In this document: one piece after another, positions 58,606-64,000 of the stretch
Position numbering within the stretch: position 1 is the first letter of the stretch
Layout: each line of letters starts with the position of its first letter
Assembly: GCA_041613315.1 (NCBI GenBank)
Contig: JBFJHJ010000002.1
Location: forward strand, 32,001-96,000
Length of the DNA stretch: 64,000 nt
Origin: Gemmatimonadales bacterium
Lineage (GTDB): Bacteria; Gemmatimonadota; Gemmatimonadetes; Gemmatimonadales; GWC2-71-9
Direction: 5' to 3'
Notes under the pieces: model-generated
Told to the model about the DNA's origin: nothing
Databases searched by the model: none
What the model saw: the letters and a program-made list of their open reading frames with translations, nothing else
Program-made: the position numbers and the translations under genes

Positions 58606-59394
58606 GTGATTTTTCGCGAGGACCTGCTGCGGGGTCAGGTCGCCCTGGTGACGGGCGGCGGCACGGGCATCGGACTCGGGATCGCCACGGAACTGGCGCG
58701 GGCGGGCGCCGACGTGGCGATCGCCAGCCGCAAGCCAGAGCACGTGGAGCCCGCGGCGGAGGGGTTGCGCGCGTTCGGCGGACGCGCGCTCGCGATCGAA
58801 GGGAACGTCCGCGATCCCGACTCGGTGACGGCGCTGGTCACCCGCGCCCGTGACGAGCTGGGTCGGCTCGATATCCTGGTGAACAACGCCGCCGGCAATT
58901 TCTACGCGCCATCGGCGGAGCTATCGCCCAACGGGTGGCGCGCCGTCGTGGAGACCGATCTCTACGGCACGTTCTTCTGCTGCCAGGCCGCGCACGCCGT
59001 GATGGCTCGGCAGGGCGGTGGCCGCATCATCTCGATTTCCATGACGCTGCACTATCGCGGATGGCCGCAGATGGCGCACGCCACGGCGGCCAAGGCCGGC
59101 ATCGACGCGCTGACCCGCACGCTGGCGCTCGAGTGGGCGCGCGACAAGATCACGGTCAACGCCGTCGCCCCGGGGCCCATTCCCACGGAGGGCGTCCGCA
59201 AGGCGTTTGCCGCGACCGGCGCCGGTGACGCGGTCGAGTTGGACGAACGCATGAAGCGGCACATCCCACTGGGACGCTGGGGTGCTCCGGAAGACATCGG
59301 TCACATGGTCGTCTACCTCGCGAGCCCCGCCGGCGCGTGGATCACGGGCGCCATCTTCGTGGTGGATGGCGGGAGCTGGCTCGCCCGTACGTGA
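58606..59394 (+). CDS. SDR, 2,4-dienoyl-CoA reductase-like
   Basis: TGGGTGIG, NNAAGNF, HATAAKAG, APGPI. Confidence 0.88.
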   Translation: MIFREDLLRGQVALVTGGGTGIGLGIATELARAGADVAIASRKPEHVEPAAEGLRAFGGRALAIEGNVRDPDSVTALVTRARDELGRLDILVNNAAGNFYAPSAELSPNGWRAVVETDLYGTFFCCQAAHAVMARQGGGRIISISMTLHYRGWPQMAHATAAKAGIDALTRTLALEWARDKITVNAVAPGPIPTEGVRKAFAATGAGDAVELDERMKRHIPLGRWGAPEDIGHMVVYLASPAGAWITGAIFVVDGGSWLART

Positions 59395-59879
59395 CGGCCA
59401 CGCCCGATTCCGAACGCCGACGCTTCGCCCTGATGTCCGACGCCGAGCGCACCCGCCTCGAAGCTGAGTGGAATCGCCATCCGGGGGTGCAGCACCTCGG
59501 GGTCCGGTTGGATCTCTCCACACCGGGGGCGGTGCGTGCCGTTGTGGAACCGGTGCGGCCCGAGCACCGCGGCGGGCTCGGAACGGACGCGGTGAACGGC
59601 GTGACGATTGCGGGTGTCTTCGACCTGGCGATCGGGTTGTGCGGGCTGCTGGAGACGCGTGCGGCCGGCCGGCGGAGCGGCGTCGCTCAACTCCACGTCC
59701 ACTTCCTCCGTCCGGTCGAGGGCGAGCGGTTCGAGGTCGTCGCCCGGCCGGTGCGCGTGGGGAGGACCCTGATCTTCGCGACCGCAGAGCTGCTGGACGA
59801 GCGGGGCGTGATATGCGCCAGGAGCGACGGTATCGTAGCGGCGGTGGGCGGCGAGCCAGGCATGGGGCCCGCATTCTGA
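59391..59879 (+). CDS. PaaI family hotdog thioesterase
   Basis: AVNGVTIAGVFD, HFLRP, VGRTLIF; GTGA overlap. Confidence 0.78.
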   Translation: MTATPDSERRRFALMSDAERTRLEAEWNRHPGVQHLGVRLDLSTPGAVRAVVEPVRPEHRGGLGTDAVNGVTIAGVFDLAIGLCGLLETRAAGRRSGVAQLHVHFLRPVEGERFEVVARPVRVGRTLIFATAELLDERGVICARSDGIVAAVGGEPGMGPAF

Positions 59880-59880
59880 C

Positions 59881-61413
59881 GTGACGGTCCTGGCCCCGGC
59901 CCTCGTGGCGCTCCACCTGGCGGCATCGCTCGTGCTGGCCGCCTACGGCCTCCACCGTGTGTTGCTCGCCTGGCGGTACGTGACCCATGTGTCACACCGA
60001 CCACGGCACCCGCCGCACCCTCCCGACCCGCTGCCCAGCGTCACCGTGCAGCTGCCGCTCTACAACGAGCGCTACGTTGCGGAGCGGGCCGTGGCGGCCG
60101 CCGGCGCGCTCGAGTATCCGCGCAATCGGCTCGAGGTCCAGGTGCTGGACGACTCCACCGACGACACGACGGAGCATGTGGCACGCGCCGTGGCTCAACT
60201 GCGCGCGGCGGGTGTCCGAGCGGTCCATGTGCGGCGCCAATGCCGCGCGGGGTACAAGGCTGGAGCCCTCGCGCACGGCTTGACCCGCGCGAGCGGCACG
60301 TTGATCGCCATCTTCGACGCGGACTTCGTCCCGCCGTCCGATTTCCTGCTTCGCCTCGTCGGCGAGTTTTGCGATCCGTCGGTGGGCATGGTCCAGGCCC
60401 GGTGGGATCACCTCAATGCCGACACGTCGATCCTCACGCGAGCCCAGGCGCTCCAACTGGACGCCCACTTCGCCGTGGAGCACGGCGTGCGCGAAGCGCG
60501 CGGCTGTTACCTCAACTTCAACGGCACCGCGGGCATCTGGCGGCGCGAGGCGATCGAGGCGGCCGGCGGGTGGCACGCCGACACGTTGACCGAGGACCTC
60601 GATCTGTCGTATCGGGCTCAGCTCGCCGGGTGGCGCTTCGTGTACCGCGATGACGTCGCGGCGCCGGCGGAGCTCCCGGCGGAAGTGACGGCGTACCGCA
60701 TCCAGCAGCAACGCTGGGCACAGGGTGGCGTACAGACCGCTCGGAAGATGCTCCCCGTGCTGTGGCGGGCGCCGATCGGATGGCGGGTGAAGTGCGAGGC
60801 CTTCTGGCACCTCACGGCACATCTCACGTATCCTCTGCTGCTGGTGCTGGCCGTTGCGGGGCTCGCCGCCGGGTGGGTGGCCGGTCCGCTCTACCGCGAG
60901 TGGCTGCTACTGGCCGACGGCGGACTCCTGGGGTTCGCCACCGCGGCACTCGGTGTGTTCTACGGCGTCGCCGCCCGCGCCAGGGATCCGGCCCGGTGGC
61001 CGCGCCGGCTGGCACTCGTGCCGGTCATCATGATCCTCGGGGCCGGGATCGCGCTGGGGCAGTCCCTGGCGGTGCTCCGCGGACTCGGCCGGCGCGACAC
61101 GCCGTTCCAACGGACCCCCAAGTACCGACTGCGAGGTGACGACAGCCGCTCCTGGCACGGCGCGGCGTACCGTCTCCGTGACGGGCGGGCCGCGGTCGTG
61201 GAGCTGGCGCTCGGTGCGGGCACGCTCGCAGTGGCGAGCGGCGCGATCTTCGCCCGGCTTGCCGTCCCCAGCGGCCCGGCGTTCATCTGTGCCGTCGGCT
61301 GGCTGGCGGTGGGCGGGTGGGCGCTCCTCCAGCGCCGGGGCGCCGCGCCGCCCCGTGTCCACTCGGCCGTCGGTCCCCAATCCCTCAGCGCCCCTGAACG
61401 GGAGGTCGCTTAG
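59881..61413 (+). CDS. Processive glycosyltransferase family 2 (cellulose-synthase-like)
   Basis: QLPLYNE, DDSTD, KAGAL, DADF, FNGTAG, TED, QQQRW, C-terminal TM helices, FQRTPK. Confidence 0.9.
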   Translation: MTVLAPALVALHLAASLVLAAYGLHRVLLAWRYVTHVSHRPRHPPHPPDPLPSVTVQLPLYNERYVAERAVAAAGALEYPRNRLEVQVLDDSTDDTTEHVARAVAQLRAAGVRAVHVRRQCRAGYKAGALAHGLTRASGTLIAIFDADFVPPSDFLLRLVGEFCDPSVGMVQARWDHLNADTSILTRAQALQLDAHFAVEHGVREARGCYLNFNGTAGIWRREAIEAAGGWHADTLTEDLDLSYRAQLAGWRFVYRDDVAAPAELPAEVTAYRIQQQRWAQGGVQTARKMLPVLWRAPIGWRVKCEAFWHLTAHLTYPLLLVLAVAGLAAGWVAGPLYREWLLLADGGLLGFATAALGVFYGVAARARDPARWPRRLALVPVIMILGAGIALGQSLAVLRGLGRRDTPFQRTPKYRLRGDDSRSWHGAAYRLRDGRAAVVELALGAGTLAVASGAIFARLAVPSGPAFICAVGWLAVGGWALLQRRGAAPPRVHSAVGPQSLSAPEREVA

Positions 61414-61415
61414 CC

Positions 61416-62297
61416 ATGGACGCGGCGGCACGGTTTCTCCAGCGCGCCCGCGAGATCTTCAGCTATCCACTCTTCACGCTGGGATCGGCCCAGTTCACGC
61501 TCTGGACGTTCGCCTATCTCATCGGGCTTTCGGCCCTGCTCGTGTACCTGACCGGCAAGCTCCGCTCCTGGCTGGTGGACAGCTTCCTCGCGCGGCGGGA
61601 CGTCGACCTCGGTGTGCGTCAGGCGATCGGGACCATCGTCCGATACGCCATCATCGCTCTCGGATTCGTCATCATCGTCCAATCCGCCGGCATCGACCTG
61701 AGCGCCCTCACCGTCCTCGCCGGCGCGCTCGGCGTCGGGCTTGGCTTCGGCCTGCAGAACATCATCAACAACTTCGTGAGCGGTCTGATCATTCTGTTCG
61801 AGCGTCCCATCAAGGTGGGCGATCGCGTCGATGTGGGGAACCTACGGGGGAACGTGGTCGACATCTCCGCCCGAGCGACGACCATCATCACCAACGACAA
61901 CATCGCGATCATCGTGCCAAACTCCGAGTTCATCTCCTCGCGGGTGACCAACTGGAGCTACGCCGACGCGAAGGTACGGTTCAGCGTTCCCGTGGGCGTC
62001 GCCTATGGGACCGACCCGGAACGCGTGCGGCGGGTGTTGCTCGAGGTGGCGAAGGGCCACAACGGCGTGCTCGCGGACCCCGCGCCGGACGTCATGTTCG
62101 AGGAGTTCGGCGACAGCTCCCTCAACTTCACGCTCCGAGTGTGGACGACGGAGTATACGACGCGGCCGCGCGTCCTCCGGAGCGAGCTCAACTTCCAGAT
62201 CGCCCAGGCGTTCCGAGCGGAGAAGATCGAGATCCCGTTCCCCCAACGGGACATTCACATCAAGAGCGGCGTGCCGCCCATCACGCGCGCCGAGTAA
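61416..62297 (+). CDS. Small-conductance mechanosensitive channel (MscS family)
   Basis: GALGVGLGFGLQNIINNFVSG, ERPIKVGD, VPNS, FGDSS, IPFPQ. Confidence 0.93.
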   Translation: MDAAARFLQRAREIFSYPLFTLGSAQFTLWTFAYLIGLSALLVYLTGKLRSWLVDSFLARRDVDLGVRQAIGTIVRYAIIALGFVIIVQSAGIDLSALTVLAGALGVGLGFGLQNIINNFVSGLIILFERPIKVGDRVDVGNLRGNVVDISARATTIITNDNIAIIVPNSEFISSRVTNWSYADAKVRFSVPVGVAYGTDPERVRRVLLEVAKGHNGVLADPAPDVMFEEFGDSSLNFTLRVWTTEYTTRPRVLRSELNFQIAQAFRAEKIEIPFPQRDIHIKSGVPPITRAE

Positions 62298-62303
62298 CGT
62301 CGC

Positions 62304-64000
62304 GTGGCCAAGGACCTCCTCCTCGGACTCACCGGGATCATCGTGCTCGGGATCGGGGCCCAATGGGTCTCGTGGCGCCTTCGCCTCCCGGCCATTCTCG
62401 CGCTGTTGGTCGCCGGGTTCCTGGCCGGGCCCGTCGCCGGTGTGATCGATCCCGATGCGCTCATGGGCGAGGTCCTCTTCCCGTTCGTGTCGCTCGCCGT
62501 AGCCATCATCTTGTTCGAGGGGGGCCTGAGTCTCAACACGGCCGAGCTTCGGGAGATCGGCCGCGTCGTTCGCAACCTGATCGTGTGGCAGGTGGCGCTC
62601 ACCTGGGTCGCGGCCACCGCTCTGGCGGTGATGCTGCTCGATCTCAGCTTCGCGCTCGCCTCGCTGTTCGGCGCGATCCTCACCGTCACCGGTCCCACCG
62701 TGATCGTCCCACTCCTGCGCCACATTCGCCCCGAGGGTCGGATCGGGTCGCTAGTCAAGTGGGAGGGGATCGTGAACGATCCCATCGGCGCGATCCTCGC
62801 GGTGCTCGTCTTCGAGGCGATTCGCGCCGGCGGGTTCCAGGAAGGCATCGCCGTCACGGCGCTGGGCGTGCTCAAGGCCGGACTCCTGGGCGGCGCGATG
62901 GGGCTCGCCGGTGCGGGGTTCATCGTCATCGTGCTCAAGCGGCACTGGATCCCGGACTATCTCCAGAACCCGATGGCGTTGGCCCTCGTGTTGGCCGTCT
63001 TCAGCGCATCCAATCTGGTGCAGGCCGAGTCGGGGCTCTTGGCGGTCACCCTCATGGGGGTAGCCCTCGCCAGTCAGCGCGTGGTGACGCTTCGCCACAT
63101 TGTCGAGTTCAAGGAGAACCTCCGGGTCCTGCTCATCTCGGTGTTGTTCATCGTGCTCGCGGCGCGGCTGCCGCTCACGGACGCGGATTACACGAGCACC
63201 GGCAGCCTTCTCTTCCTCGCGGCACTCATCCTTTTCGTTCGCCCCGCGGTCGTGGCGCTCGCCACTCTGCGCTCCAGCTTCACGTGGCGAGAGCGAGCGT
63301 TTCTCGCCGTCATGGCACCGCGCGGGATCGTCGCCGCCTCGGTCGCTTCGCTCTTCGCGCTCCAGCTCGAGGACGGCTTGCCGGAGGCGACCCGCCTCAT
63401 CCCGCTCACCTTTCTCGTGATCGGGGGGACGGTGACGGTCTACGGACTGTCGGCACCGTGGGTCGCACGGTGGCTGCGGCTCGCCACACCGAACCCCCAG
63501 GGTATCGTGATGGTCGGAGTAGCGTCCTGGGCGCGGGCGGCGGCGAAGGCCCTCATCGGACAAGGGGTCAAGGTCGTCCTGGTGGACTCCAACTGGGGTA
63601 ACGTCACCGCCGCGCGCAACGCCGGTCTCAAGACGTACTACGCCAATTTTCTCACCGAGCGGACGATGGACGAGATGGAGCTCGCCGGCATCGGCCGGCT
63701 CCTCGCCGTGACCCCCAACGATGAAGTGAACACCCTTGCCGCCCTCCACGTTGGCGGGTTGTTCCCGCGCTCCCACGTCTACCAGCTCGCCCCCGAAGGC
63801 GAAGCCCGCGGGGGGCGGCACCGCACGATACCGCCGCACCTGAGCGGCCGGATCCTCTTCGGGAAAGAGGTCACCCACGCACTCCTCACCGAGCGCCACC
63901 GGACCGGATGGGTGATCAAGACAGACCGGCTCACCAACGAGTTCGACTTCAGCGCGTTTCGTTCCCGATACGGAGAGACCGCCATCCCGCTCTTCGCGAT
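62304..64000 (+). CDS. CPA1/NhaP-type Na+/H+ antiporter with C-terminal TrkA-N-like domain (3'-truncated; absent from the ORF track)
   Basis: GTG 62304: MAKDLLLGLTGIIVLGIGAQW..., IILFEGG, TGPTVIVP, WEGIVNDPIGA, APRGIVAAS. Confidence 0.9.
   Translation, partial: MAKDLLLGLTGIIVLGIGAQWVSWRLRLPAILALLVAGFLAGPVAGVIDPDALMGEVLFPFVSLAVAIILFEGGLSLNTAELREIGRVVRNLIVWQVALTWVAATALAVMLLDLSFALASLFGAILTVTGPTVIVPLLRHIRPEGRIGSLVKWEGIVNDPIGAILAVLVFEAIRAGGFQEGIAVTALGVLKAGLLGGAMGLAGAGFIVIVLKRHWIPDYLQNPMALALVLAVFSASNLVQAESGLLAVTLMGVALASQRVVTLRHIVEFKENLRVLLISVLFIVLAARLPLTDADYTSTGSLLFLAALILFVRPAVVALATLRSSFTWRERAFLAVMAPRGIVAASVASLFALQLEDGLPEATRLIPLTFLVIGGTVTVYGLSAPWVARWLRLATPNPQGIVMVGVASWARAAAKALIGQGVKVVLVDSNWGNVTAARNAGLKTYYANFLTERTMDEMELAGIGRLLAVTPNDEVNTLAALHVGGLFPRSHVYQLAPEGEARGGRHRTIPPHLSGRILFGKEVTHALLTERHRTGWVIKTDRLTNEFDFSAFRSRYGETAIPLFA

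Overview
A very GC-rich (roughly 70% by eye), densely coding bacterial chromosome segment with about 55 CDS and one tRNA-Asn(GTT). The gene repertoire suggests Gemmatimonadota, which is an inference and not a database result. I found no CRISPR array, transposase, integrase or prophage. Most genes are housekeeping or metabolic: serA, pncA and a nicotinate PRTase, gyrA, selD, RNase H, dCMP deaminase, thiolase, hbd, thyA-folA, a divergent EF-G, DUF1800/DUF1501, MscS and a Na+/H+ antiporter. The best candidate for an undescribed system is a translationally coupled four-gene operon at 42549-46330. It encodes two non-canonical D-Ala-D-Ala-ligase-like ATP-grasp enzymes, a GNAT acetyltransferase and a lysine 2,3-aminomutase-type radical SAM enzyme, with its own promoter and structured leader, and probably makes a beta-amino-acid-containing peptide. 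Other signals the ORF track misses are a UGA-selenocysteine with a SECIS-like hairpin in selD, a probable CUG start for folA, a decaying crcB-DUF190 fluoride cassette, an RNase H with altered catalytic carboxylates, a terminator-like switch in the gyrA leader, Met at GyrA quinolone position 83, a histone H1-like small protein and a palindromic heptamer repeat. Start codons were chosen by eye and family calls rest on motif recognition.
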